From a virus (Duplodnaviria > Caudoviricetes), in the IMG/VR virus record IMGVR_UViG_3300017565_000029, positions 1 through 37,914 of that record: a stretch of 37,914 nt of DNA. One strand, given 5' to 3'. The translations under genes and the position numbers were made by a program. Below are positions 8,710-16,920 of this stretch, piece by piece (the first letter of the stretch is position 1; every line of letters begins with the position of its first letter). The notes under the pieces were generated by a model that did not search any database, was not told the DNA's origin, and saw only the letters and a program-made list of their open reading frames with translations.

Positions 8710-8786
8710 TGGTTGCGGAGAGAGGACTCGAACCTCCAACCTCCGGGTTATGAGCCCGGCGCGCTGCCAGTTTGCGCTACTCCACG
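8710..8786 (-). tRNA. tRNA-Met(CAU), initiator-like
   Basis: 77-nt cloverleaf: CGTGGAG/CTCCGCA with C1:A72 mismatch, anticodon arm CCGGG-CTCATAA-CCCGG, T loop TTCGAGT, encoded ACCA end. Confidence 0.93.
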
Positions 8787-8826
8787 GCCAAATAATACCA
8801 CGGGTGCGCATATTTGCGCTTAGGGA

Positions 8827-9135
8827 TTACCCTTGTTCCGGCTCGGATGTTGCGACATAGCGACGGCGACCCTTGGCGTCCGCGACCACCAGGCCATCCT
8901 CGCCTTCGTCGACAACCGTGTAATCCTGCGCCGAGCGCTTCTTGTGCCCGAGCACGTTGTCCCATTTGACCTTGTGGCGCTGCTTGCCGCATTCGAGCGT
9001 GCAGCCGTGCTCGCCGTGGGCAAGCACCTTGCCGGAGACAGCGCCCAGGCGCGGATGGCGATAATACAGGTCATCGCCAGCATGCACGCCAGCGCGACGC
9101 GGATGCGGCTCGTTGGGCTTATCGGCCGGCTTCAT
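8827..9135 (-). CDS. Hypothetical 102-aa beta-rich protein coupled to portal
   Basis: ATGA overlap with portal stop; plausible composition. Confidence 0.7.
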   Translation of the reverse strand: MKPADKPNEPHPRRAGVHAGDDLYYRHPRLGAVSGKVLAHGEHGCTLECGKQRHKVKWDNVLGHKKRSAQDYTVVDEGEDGLVVADAKGRRRYVATSEPEQG

Positions 9136-10835
9136 ACCTCGATCCTTAGAACCGGCAGTCCGAACGATTTCTGGATCGGTTCGTCGCCTTCATCATCGGC
9201 GCCGCCTTCGTCCGCGGCTCCTTCATCCTGGCCGCCGTCTGGCGAATCGTCCTGGCCGTCATCACCGCCGCCACCAAAGTCCGGATCTTCATCGGGGTCA
9301 CCATAGTCCTCGCTGTTTGCTTGGTTTTCGGCCTGCCACAGTTGCTGCAGCGACGGATTAAGCGGGGCGTTGCCCCAGGCTTCCGTAATCTCGTCCTGGC
9401 CGCGAGCTTTGCGGGCCTCGTTCACCGTGGAAAGGGTTGTTTCCTCGGTCCAAAGTTGCTGCGCATCTTTTTCGTCCAGGCCCGTCCACCGGAACACGTA
9501 CTTGTCGCCGAACTCCGCGACGATGTAGTCCGAAAAGGTATCTTCCCAATGGGTGAGCAGCGGGCGCAGGCCCTTGTCCTTCGAGGAAATTAGCCGTTCC
9601 TCGGTATCATTGCCGGACAAACCACCGGAGCGCGTCGAGAAGCTGTCGAAGTTGATTTCTTCCGGCGACATGCCGTAGACCGCGCAAATAATGGCGGTCA
9701 GGAGCGTCATCCAGCGCTCGAACAGGACGTCGCTCACGTCGACGTTGAAATTCTCGAAAGCGGCTTTCGACTCCTGATTTTTCGACACCATGACCGGCAG
9801 GGTCCAGGCATTGTTGATGCCTTTGACCATGTTGTTCCACATGCGTCTAAACGCGGCGATATCCTCCTGAGAGTAATCACCGGTCAGGTGCAGTAGCCCC
9901 TTCGGAATGGCGTTGGAGTCAAAATACTTGGTGTTGTAGGTGAAGGCGTTCAGGAACCCCGTCACCACACGGATTAGCAGCTCTGTTTCGGACTGGCCGT
10001 AGCCGCCCGCCAGAACCTCGGTCGTCGGGTTGCGCGGGACGTAGATCAGGTCGTTGTAGGTGTAGACCGCACGAACGCGACCCTCGACCACCTGCAGAGA
10101 GAAGATTTCATCGTCTCCGCGATAGCCTTCATCGGTACATAGCCGGATCGTGGCACCGTCGACCGCATACAGGCCGTCTATACCGAGCGCGCGGTTGCGC
10201 TTGTACTCGGTTTCGATCGGCGCCGAGTCGAGCACCAGGCTATCTTGCACGAGCTTCGCCATGAAGCCCGAGAAATTATCCCGCTTCAGGCGCGCTCGCA
10301 TGCGCGGGTTGCGCTCCCAGCCGCAGTTTGTGAAGAACGAATTCAGGAGATCGGTCGACTCTTTGTCGGCCTTGCCAGCCTTGGCGCTGGGATCCTTCAG
10401 GCGCACCTGAAAGCCCGGCCCCTTGCCATCTTCGGACACTCGACAGAACCGCTGCACCTGGCGCACGCGGGTGCGGATCACCGACGCCAGGACCGGCGTC
10501 TGCGCCACCATGGTGCGCATGACGTCAAAACTGAAGGCAGACGGCCGCTCGTACCAGTCGCCCATGACGTGGATGCGCTGATCGTCCAGGTAGACCGACT
10601 GCATCCCGCGATTTTTCTGCTCGACGTTGCGCGAGGGGAAAGGGATCACCTTCGCCCGCTCGAGCGACTTTTCAAACTGCTGCTCGCGGTACTCGTTGGC
10701 AACGTATTTGACCAGTTCGGTCATGTCCGGCACGGACGACGGCATGGCCGCCTGCTGCATTTCAGCATTGGCGTCATACCGCTCGTCAGCAGGTGCGGCG
10801 GGGTCGAGGGCAATTTCGCGGGCAGTGTCGCTCAT
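9132..10835 (-). CDS. Portal protein
   Basis: LYAVDGATIR, GYGQSETE, YNTKYFDSNAIPKGLL, STVNEAR motifs; acidic tail; follows terminase. Confidence 0.92.
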   Translation of the reverse strand: MSDTAREIALDPAAPADERYDANAEMQQAAMPSSVPDMTELVKYVANEYREQQFEKSLERAKVIPFPSRNVEQKNRGMQSVYLDDQRIHVMGDWYERPSAFSFDVMRTMVAQTPVLASVIRTRVRQVQRFCRVSEDGKGPGFQVRLKDPSAKAGKADKESTDLLNSFFTNCGWERNPRMRARLKRDNFSGFMAKLVQDSLVLDSAPIETEYKRNRALGIDGLYAVDGATIRLCTDEGYRGDDEIFSLQVVEGRVRAVYTYNDLIYVPRNPTTEVLAGGYGQSETELLIRVVTGFLNAFTYNTKYFDSNAIPKGLLHLTGDYSQEDIAAFRRMWNNMVKGINNAWTLPVMVSKNQESKAAFENFNVDVSDVLFERWMTLLTAIICAVYGMSPEEINFDSFSTRSGGLSGNDTEERLISSKDKGLRPLLTHWEDTFSDYIVAEFGDKYVFRWTGLDEKDAQQLWTEETTLSTVNEARKARGQDEITEAWGNAPLNPSLQQLWQAENQANSEDYGDPDEDPDFGGGGDDGQDDSPDGGQDEGAADEGGADDEGDEPIQKSFGLPVLRIEV

Positions 10836-10841
10836 ACAGCA

Positions 10842-10857
10842 AGGGTAAGATCACGAC
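10842..10857 (-). promoter_or_regulatory. Late promoter motif, leaderless
   Basis: GTCGTGA-TCT-TACCCT, 6 nt, ATG(10835). Confidence 0.7.
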
Positions 10858-10863
10858 AGCCGA

Positions 10864-13491
10864 TCAGGATTCGACTGCAATAAACTGGAAGCATCCGGGA
10901 TCTTTCGGGCGAACGATCATCCCACGCTCAAGGCACCGGCCTTCTTGGAACGCAGTACACCGGCCGCAAACATCGCCAGAGAGCTGGTGGCGCAGGACTT
11001 CCTCGGCAGCCGCAGGCATGTGCTGCACCACGGCAGCGCCGCCGCCGCGCACAATCTGCACCGTCTTTTCCTCGACCGGATCCGGCATCAGGAACGTGGA
11101 CGTGCCATGCGCGCGAGCCCAGGCCACGTCGCACAGCATGTTCGCGTAGCTGGTGTGCGGGTCGATACCGACCTTAATGACCTTGCGCTTGAATTTCTTT
11201 TCGTCCTCATCTTCCTCGACCACGAGCGCGGTCTTGGTAAAGTGGTGAAACGCGACCTTGCGGCAAACCTCGAGCTGCTGGCGGATGCCCTTCTCGACGT
11301 ACTCCTGCACCAGGGCATCAGGATCCGGAAACAGGCACATCTTTTTGACGAAGCGCGCCATGGACACCTGCATGCATTTGTACTGGTCCAGGCGCACGGT
11401 GTAGCGGTCCAGGGCGTCCTCGTCGGTGCGCCGATCGGAGGCGTTCGCCGTGGGAGTGTCGCCCCAAATCAGCATTTCGCCTTCCATGTTGCCATAGCCG
11501 GCGAGGAACACGCGCCCCGGATGGCGCTGGGCAAAGCGCTTTGCGTCGTTGTAGTTCGGCAGGGTTTCGACGACGCAGGCCTGCACGCCGTAAAGGCTCA
11601 TCAGGTCCGAGCACCGCGCGAACGGGTCGTCGCTGAAAATGTACTCCAGATGCACATAGGCCTGGCGCCCATCTGGCAAGCGCTCCTTGATGGTCACCAC
11701 GTTGAACTGGCCCATCTGGTCGATGCCCATAAACGTGTTGCGAGCGGTCTTTTTCCACTGCAGGCCGATAGCCATGCCGGCGTCGGCGCACTCCTGCAGA
11801 ATTTGCAGGTTGACCGGGATCGCAGACGGATCGGCCCACGGCTTACCGAGCTTCCGATTGTAGAAGTTCTTGAGGCTGACGGCCGTATTGTAGGCGGTGA
11901 TGATTTCACCGGCCGAGATCGTCGGCGAGAGGAACTGCGGAAAGTGGATCGACCGGATCCGCGGCGGCCGATCCTTCAGCGGGATACGGGGATCGCCAGG
12001 CGCGTCCAGCTCCGGATGTTCGGGGATCCATTCGCCGCGCTGCGTGTCCTCGATCCAGCCGCCGCAGGAGAAGCAAACGTAACGGTAGATGCCCAGCTCA
12101 TTATCGAATTTGATGCAATTCGGGAAATAGTCGTCGAGCGGCTTTTTAGCCAGGCAGTGCGGGCACTCCGTGTGGAACTTGTACTGGCTGCCCTTCTTGT
12201 ACCAGGCGTCGATATCGGAATCCGGCCAGTTGGCCGTCGAGCCCATCAGCGTGAAGCGAACCGGTGAAGCCGAAAGACGCTCGCGGGTCTTTTCCATTTG
12301 GTCGAGCGACATTTCCTGCACTTCGTCGAACGACAGGACGTCCATCGGCATGGATTCCGTCGACGATCGGCCCGTGGTCCAGGAGAATAGGAACAGCGCC
12401 TCGCCAATGCGCCGGGTGCGTACGTTACCCTCGCCACTCTTACGGCCACTGCCGTCGGCGGCGTCCATCGTCATCAGGCGGTGCACGTCCGGCACCGAGC
12501 GCACCACCGGCATGAAACGCTCGGACGATTTCTTGCCGGCCAGATCCACGTCGGGCAGGAACATGCCGACCGTGGCGGGCCCGAACCGAAGCCCGAGATA
12601 GATAGAGGCCAGCATTTCCATGACGGTGAAGCCAACCTGCGCGCACTTCATCAGCACGAGCACGTAGTTGTACGCGTCCTCGTGCGTGTACGGGATCTGG
12701 TCGTAGATCCAGGCCATCGCCGGCCGGTCATCCAGCTTGAAATCCTTGCCGTCCACCTTCAGGCCGTCGGTTGCCAGGCGCTCGCACCAAATGCGGAACG
12801 TCTCGCCCGGCTTAATCACGCGCTGGCCCGAGTTCAGAACGAAGGCGACGTCCAGGAATTCGGCCTCGAACCGCTGCTGGCGTTCGACCTCGGTAGCGGC
12901 CTCCAGGGCCTCCCGCGTTTCGTCAGGCAAATACGGGTTCGAGTCAGACGGGAATTGCCAGCACGAGAAATCCGGATCAGCGGACCCCAGCCGCCACAGC
13001 TTGTAAAACGCGTTTTTCTTGCCGAAGGCATGTGAAAGAACCCAGGCCGTCCCCTGGTGCTGGCGTAGCGACGGCAGGAAAACGTCCTCCCACAGATCTA
13101 GCAGGCGATCGCATTTCGCCGCGTCGTCCACGACGATAGTGGCGTACTGCTCGACGGCATCGAGCCGCTTGTCGTCCAGGGAATAGAAGTCGATCGTGCC
13201 GCCGGTCACTAGCTCAACACGCCGACGGCTGGGGCGAGCGGTAATCAGGGCGTCCACGGCGCGCAGGACACGCCTACGGGCGTCGGTCAGGTCGGTGTCG
13301 GTAGCAGAGAACCAGGCGACCGGATGGCCGCGCAGAGCGCCCTTGTCGCCAGCGAGCAACGCCTCGATGCCGAGGGTGGTCTTTCCACCATCCTCGCCCA
13401 TCGCGACAATGTTAAAGCGCTCGGCACGTGCGAGCGCTTTCTTTTGCGCCGGGTGAGGTTCCGGCAGCCTGACCTTGATCTGCTGTGCCAT
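10864..13491 (-). CDS. terL: Terminase large subunit (GpA-like) with an extra N-terminal degenerate terminase-type ATPase domain
   Basis: GpA-like part: MKCAQVGFT, LSFDEV, GSTAN, CPHC...CFSC, GIDQMG nuclease; N-terminal ~215 aa: PHPAQ, GEDGGKT, VVDDAA. Confidence 0.88.
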   Translation of the reverse strand: MAQQIKVRLPEPHPAQKKALARAERFNIVAMGEDGGKTTLGIEALLAGDKGALRGHPVAWFSATDTDLTDARRRVLRAVDALITARPSRRRVELVTGGTIDFYSLDDKRLDAVEQYATIVVDDAAKCDRLLDLWEDVFLPSLRQHQGTAWVLSHAFGKKNAFYKLWRLGSADPDFSCWQFPSDSNPYLPDETREALEAATEVERQQRFEAEFLDVAFVLNSGQRVIKPGETFRIWCERLATDGLKVDGKDFKLDDRPAMAWIYDQIPYTHEDAYNYVLVLMKCAQVGFTVMEMLASIYLGLRFGPATVGMFLPDVDLAGKKSSERFMPVVRSVPDVHRLMTMDAADGSGRKSGEGNVRTRRIGEALFLFSWTTGRSSTESMPMDVLSFDEVQEMSLDQMEKTRERLSASPVRFTLMGSTANWPDSDIDAWYKKGSQYKFHTECPHCLAKKPLDDYFPNCIKFDNELGIYRYVCFSCGGWIEDTQRGEWIPEHPELDAPGDPRIPLKDRPPRIRSIHFPQFLSPTISAGEIITAYNTAVSLKNFYNRKLGKPWADPSAIPVNLQILQECADAGMAIGLQWKKTARNTFMGIDQMGQFNVVTIKERLPDGRQAYVHLEYIFSDDPFARCSDLMSLYGVQACVVETLPNYNDAKRFAQRHPGRVFLAGYGNMEGEMLIWGDTPTANASDRRTDEDALDRYTVRLDQYKCMQVSMARFVKKMCLFPDPDALVQEYVEKGIRQQLEVCRKVAFHHFTKTALVVEEDEDEKKFKRKVIKVGIDPHTSYANMLCDVAWARAHGTSTFLMPDPVEEKTVQIVRGGGAAVVQHMPAAAEEVLRHQLSGDVCGRCTAFQEGRCLERGMIVRPKDPGCFQFIAVES

Positions 13492-13497
13492 GACAGC

Positions 13498-13513
13498 AGG
13501 ATCGCATCACGAC
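13498..13513 (-). promoter_or_regulatory. Late promoter motif, leaderless
   Basis: GTCGTGA-TGC-GATCCT, 6 nt, ATG(13491); same core as MuF promoter. Confidence 0.7.
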
Positions 13514-13517
13514 AAAA

Positions 13518-14243
13518 CTACTTCTCGCCGACCGGCCAGTGCTTGTTCGCGTACCGAGATTCCTTGGACGCAAACTGCGAGGTCATCTTTGCGTCTTCGT
13601 GGCCGGATTCGTGGTGTTCGGCCGCTTTAGCATGCACTTCCGCAGCCGCTTCATGAGCCTTTCGACCATGGGTGTTTTCGTCGCCAGACAGATTCCGAGC
13701 TGCAGCAGCGTGGAACTCAGCCTGTTTCCGGTGGTCAGCAGCCTTCTTTTTGTTGGCGATGTTCTTCGGCGCATGCGACTGATCGTGCATATGCATCATG
13801 AGCGCGTTGCCCGCGTCTTGAACCTTCTTCCGTTTCGCCAAGGTGCTCTCAGCACTCGATGCTTGCTTGGCGCTATCGTCGTGCCCCTTCAAGTGGGCGC
13901 GGAAATCATCGCTCCCATCCACAACCTGCCGCGCATGGTATGCCGCGCGTGCGTGAGAGGTAGCAGCGTCACGGTGGATCTTGTATTCTGGATGATCTTC
14001 GCCCTTCTCTGCTGCCAGCTTTCGATGCTTTTCCGCTGCAGCATCATGCTTGTCAGCGGCAACCGAAAGCGGATGGGCACCTGCTTTACCCTTCGGGGCG
14101 ACCGGCTTCGGCGCAGCCGCCTGTCGGCTATCGTCATGAGCCTGCACCACCGAGCCATCGCTGCGGGTGTAGGTATCGACGTGGGCCTTCGTCAGCTCGG
14201 CGAGCGCGCCGGGCTTGCCGAACAGTAGGATGGGTTTTTGCAT
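13518..14243 (-). CDS. His/Ala-rich helical-repeat protein, probable internal head protein
   Basis: Start moved to ATG 14243 because the track start lies inside the promoter; LTKAHVDTYTRSDGSVVQAH then HxxAAxxH repeats. Confidence 0.75.
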   Translation of the reverse strand: MQKPILLFGKPGALAELTKAHVDTYTRSDGSVVQAHDDSRQAAAPKPVAPKGKAGAHPLSVAADKHDAAAEKHRKLAAEKGEDHPEYKIHRDAATSHARAAYHARQVVDGSDDFRAHLKGHDDSAKQASSAESTLAKRKKVQDAGNALMMHMHDQSHAPKNIANKKKAADHRKQAEFHAAAARNLSGDENTHGRKAHEAAAEVHAKAAEHHESGHEDAKMTSQFASKESRYANKHWPVGEK

Positions 14244-14281
14244 GGCGGTGTTCCAATACGAGCAAAGGAATGGATGCTGCC

Positions 14282-14297
14282 ATTCTGTGGTCACGAC
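14282..14297 (-). promoter_or_regulatory. Late promoter motif with short leader
   Basis: GTCGTGA-CCA-CAGAAT, 38 nt upstream of ATG(14243). Confidence 0.65.
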
Positions 14298-14332
14298 GCC
14301 CGAAGCGCCCGACCAGCGCCCGAAGGCGCCGG
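14297..14332 (+). repeat. Tandem (G)CGCCCGA units, four copies
   Basis: CGCCCGAAGCGCCCGACCAGCGCCCGAAGGCGCCGG; member of a dispersed intergenic repeat family. Confidence 0.7.
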
Positions 14333-14342
14333 ACAGTGACCG

Positions 14343-14600
14343 TTAGCCCAACGTTTCAAGGCCCGGCGTGGCTGGCGTGCCAGACTTGCAGTCTAGTTCG
14401 ATGCCCAAATGCAGCTTCGTGGCCTCCTTGAAGCCGATCCACTCGCCATGCCGGCCGAGGCCGCGAGCAGCCAGCTCACACCGGACAGCGAGCATCAGAT
14501 CGAGGTCGCCACGGACGAACGCCGCCAGCACCTCGGTGGGGAAGGTCTGGACGTGGGCAGCCGCAGCGCTTTCGAGAGATTGGATCTGCTGCGGCATCAT
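14343..14600 (-). CDS. Hypothetical phage protein, 85 aa
   Basis: GGAGG RBS, ATGA overlap; ELAARGL..GEWIGF motif. Confidence 0.75.
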   Translation of the reverse strand: MMPQQIQSLESAAAAHVQTFPTEVLAAFVRGDLDLMLAVRCELAARGLGRHGEWIGFKEATKLHLGIELDCKSGTPATPGLETLG

Positions 14601-14971
14601 GCGCCTCCGAATAGATCACGGCTGGCACCACGACGACGCCCGCCCGAGTACGGCGCGGTCGGCTGCAGGTTCGCCATGATGCCCCACACACGAGCGAAGG
14701 CATCGTGCAGCGGCTTGTTCCTGACGCTTGCCTTAAAATTAGAATATGAGACCCCAAATACCTCGTCCGCCATGGCGCGAGCAACTTCCTCGCGGTTGAT
14801 CAGCGCCCGAAACAGATAGTCGCGGTGCGGTGTACGCTCGACCTTCGCTCCCGGGAAAACGGACTCGATATCACCCTTTCGACGAGCCCTGACGAGCAGC
14901 ATTTTGCTGTCAGGCTGGTTTGCCGCCGGAGTAACAATAGACAAAAACGCACGATTGAGACTTACCCACAT
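14597..14971 (-). CDS. Hypothetical phage protein, 124 aa
   Basis: Start moved to ATG 14971 (AAAGGA RBS); MWVSLNRAFLSIV...LLVRAR...DYLFRA...YSNFK. Confidence 0.75.
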   Translation of the reverse strand: MWVSLNRAFLSIVTPAANQPDSKMLLVRARRKGDIESVFPGAKVERTPHRDYLFRALINREEVARAMADEVFGVSYSNFKASVRNKPLHDAFARVWGIMANLQPTAPYSGGRRRGASRDLFGGA

Positions 14972-14987
14972 GATGATCTTTCCTTTT

Positions 14988-15527
14988 TTAGATGTGTTTC
15001 CAATTTTTCCGGGTTTTGATGCTGGATATCGTCCCCGGACAAACCCCGTATCCCTTCGCCAGCGACCTACCGGTCTCGCCAGCATCCAATCGGGCCCGGA
15101 TGTCCAACACCTGCTGCGTTGTAAGAATGGCCGTTCTTGCTAGTTCGCCTTTTGCGCTCCCGAACTTCATCCTGTTCTTGCTGTTGGCGTCCTGCAGGTT
15201 TTCCAGCTGCGAACCAGCGAGCAGATGATGCGGGTTAACACACGGGCGATTGTCGCAACTATGCATGACGACGCCACCATGACCGCCTGGACGATCGGGG
15301 ATATCTCCCTTGTGGGCTTCATAGCTGGCGCGATGCGTGGTGTATGGCGTGCCACGAAACGAAAATGCCCCGTATCCGTGCGACCCAATCGGGCCCTGCC
15401 ACTCCCAGCAATCGTCCTGTCCGGCGACGGCCGTCCTAGATAGAACGGCGCATTTTAGCGAGCAGACCTTTTCGCTGCGGTGTTTTGTGAATTCAGAGCC
15501 GCAATGCGAGCATATAGCGCATGCCAT
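14988..15527 (-). CDS. HNH homing endonuclease
   Basis: CxxC...CSxxC zinc finger, CWEWQG, HRASY, MHSCDNRPCVNPHHL, C-terminal HTH; GGGAGG RBS. Confidence 0.92.
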   Translation of the reverse strand: MACAICSHCGSEFTKHRSEKVCSLKCAVLSRTAVAGQDDCWEWQGPIGSHGYGAFSFRGTPYTTHRASYEAHKGDIPDRPGGHGGVVMHSCDNRPCVNPHHLLAGSQLENLQDANSKNRMKFGSAKGELARTAILTTQQVLDIRARLDAGETGRSLAKGYGVCPGTISSIKTRKNWKHI

Positions 15528-15558
15528 AAACCTCCCGAACTATTGAAAGAACGGGTGC

Positions 15559-15580
15559 ATCGTAGCTCAAATTTGAGGAT
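15559..15580 (-). promoter_or_regulatory. Palindromic box adjacent to -10 element
   Basis: CTCAAATTTGAG-C-TACGAT. Confidence 0.55.
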
Positions 15581-15605
15581 AGGTGTCTGTTTTTGCTCTA
15601 TTTTT

Positions 15606-16403
15606 TCAGAGATCGAACAGGCTGCCAGAGTGACCTTTTGATGTCGGCACGAACTTCTGCGCAGGCGGCGGCGGCTTCACACCGGCACCGAGCGCCTCGG
15701 CGATATCGTGGTCGGTGTGCATGTTGAGCGCGTCGTACAGCTTGGCGACCGGGCAGAGGCTGACGGCCTGCGACTCCCAGCCTGCCGCGGCTGGCGTCCC
15801 GCCGACACGCTCGGCCAGGTAGATCCGGGCGACGGACGTCGTGCGGTGGAAATCGCCGAGGAACCCGACAATCCGAACCTTCAGCCCGGTTTCTTCGAAA
15901 GTCTCCCGGACTGCCGTGGCCTGCAGCGACATACCTTCCTCGGCGGTCCCCTTGGGGAACGTGCATTTATAGCCGCCGAAGGCGTTTGTCGGATGCGTCA
16001 GCCATACCCGGCCATCCGGCTCGCGGATGATTACGCCGGCACTGGCGTGCTTACCCTTCGGAGCATGGAACGGCGGCTCGTCGAGGGTATCATCCACCTC
16101 GGGCAGGTATTCCCAGCCCTCGTCGGTATGCGGGTGATCGGACCAAGGCGCGAGCGCCACGCCGTTCAACTCAGCCGGCATCGCCCCGCCAGGCACAACC
16201 GTCGCAACGGCGTCCGGGTCGGTCCACGTTTCCAGCGCTGTGGGCGTCGACGGCTCTTTGATGGTCACAGTCTCGCCGTGGTGGTCTTTCTGTGGATGTT
16301 TTGCAACGTTTTTTGGCCGATCCTTGCGGAAATATCCCTTAACGGGGCGCTCGTTGCGCAAATGTGGGGGAACGTAGGCCTTTAGGAACAGGATTTTCCC
16401 CAT
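15606..16403 (-). CDS. Nudix hydrolase with N-terminal extension
   Basis: FPKGTAEEGMSLQATAVRETFEETGL Nudix box (first conserved Glu replaced by Met); TAATG coupling. Confidence 0.9.
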   Translation of the reverse strand: MGKILFLKAYVPPHLRNERPVKGYFRKDRPKNVAKHPQKDHHGETVTIKEPSTPTALETWTDPDAVATVVPGGAMPAELNGVALAPWSDHPHTDEGWEYLPEVDDTLDEPPFHAPKGKHASAGVIIREPDGRVWLTHPTNAFGGYKCTFPKGTAEEGMSLQATAVRETFEETGLKVRIVGFLGDFHRTTSVARIYLAERVGGTPAAAGWESQAVSLCPVAKLYDALNMHTDHDIAEALGAGVKPPPPAQKFVPTSKGHSGSLFDL

Positions 16404-16903
16404 TACCGAACCCCGACGATCAGGTTGGCAATGCTACTGATCGCGGCCTCGATGTGGCCCTGCGCTTCGCCATCCTTCATATCGCCGTCCTCATGCGCGA
16501 CCGCCACGTCGAGCAGCGAACGAGCAAGCGCCAGGAACAGGGCCTTACCAGGATCGGGATCCTCGTTGGCTTCCGGCAGGCGCTTATGGATATTCGCGCC
16601 GAGCTGCTCGGGAGAGTTCCAGGGCAATGCCTCGTAAGCCGGGTCGCGGCCCATAGCGATATCGCCATACTGGCCGGACAGCTTGTCGATCGCCGCCAGG
16701 GCGCCGTCGTGGGTCAGCTCGTCGAGGTTGTAGCGCTTGCGAACGTCGACCACGGCCGCGCCGAAGGCCCGGACCAGACCGATAACGACGTCGGGATTGC
16801 CTAGTGACGGACGATCACCGGCAGGCCAGCCTAGATCCTCGGCCCGACCACGATCTGCCGCCCGCTCGGGCGATCCCTCAATTTCGCGTTTGTCCATGCT
16901 CAT
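16403..16903 (-). CDS. Acidic helical hypothetical protein, candidate immunity/partner of the ART-kinase protein
   Basis: GGGAG RBS, starts 17 nt after ART stop; role inferred from position only. Confidence 0.7.
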   Translation of the reverse strand: MSMDKREIEGSPERAADRGRAEDLGWPAGDRPSLGNPDVVIGLVRAFGAAVVDVRKRYNLDELTHDGALAAIDKLSGQYGDIAMGRDPAYEALPWNSPEQLGANIHKRLPEANEDPDPGKALFLALARSLLDVAVAHEDGDMKDGEAQGHIEAAISSIANLIVGVR

Positions 16904-16920
16904 ATTCTATCACTCCCAGG

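Noticed and set aside
8792-8800. TGGTATTAT as a dedicated tRNA promoter
   Set aside because: Only 5 nt from the mature 5' end; processing from the portal transcript is equally plausible, so not called
12847-13491. Intein as explanation for the long terminase
   Set aside because: No Cys/Ser start with His-Asn end or LAGLIDADG motifs; extra sequence is N-terminal and P-loop-like
14988-15527. HNH as part of a group I intron
   Set aside because: Flanking genes have their own starts and stops; no room for an intron core
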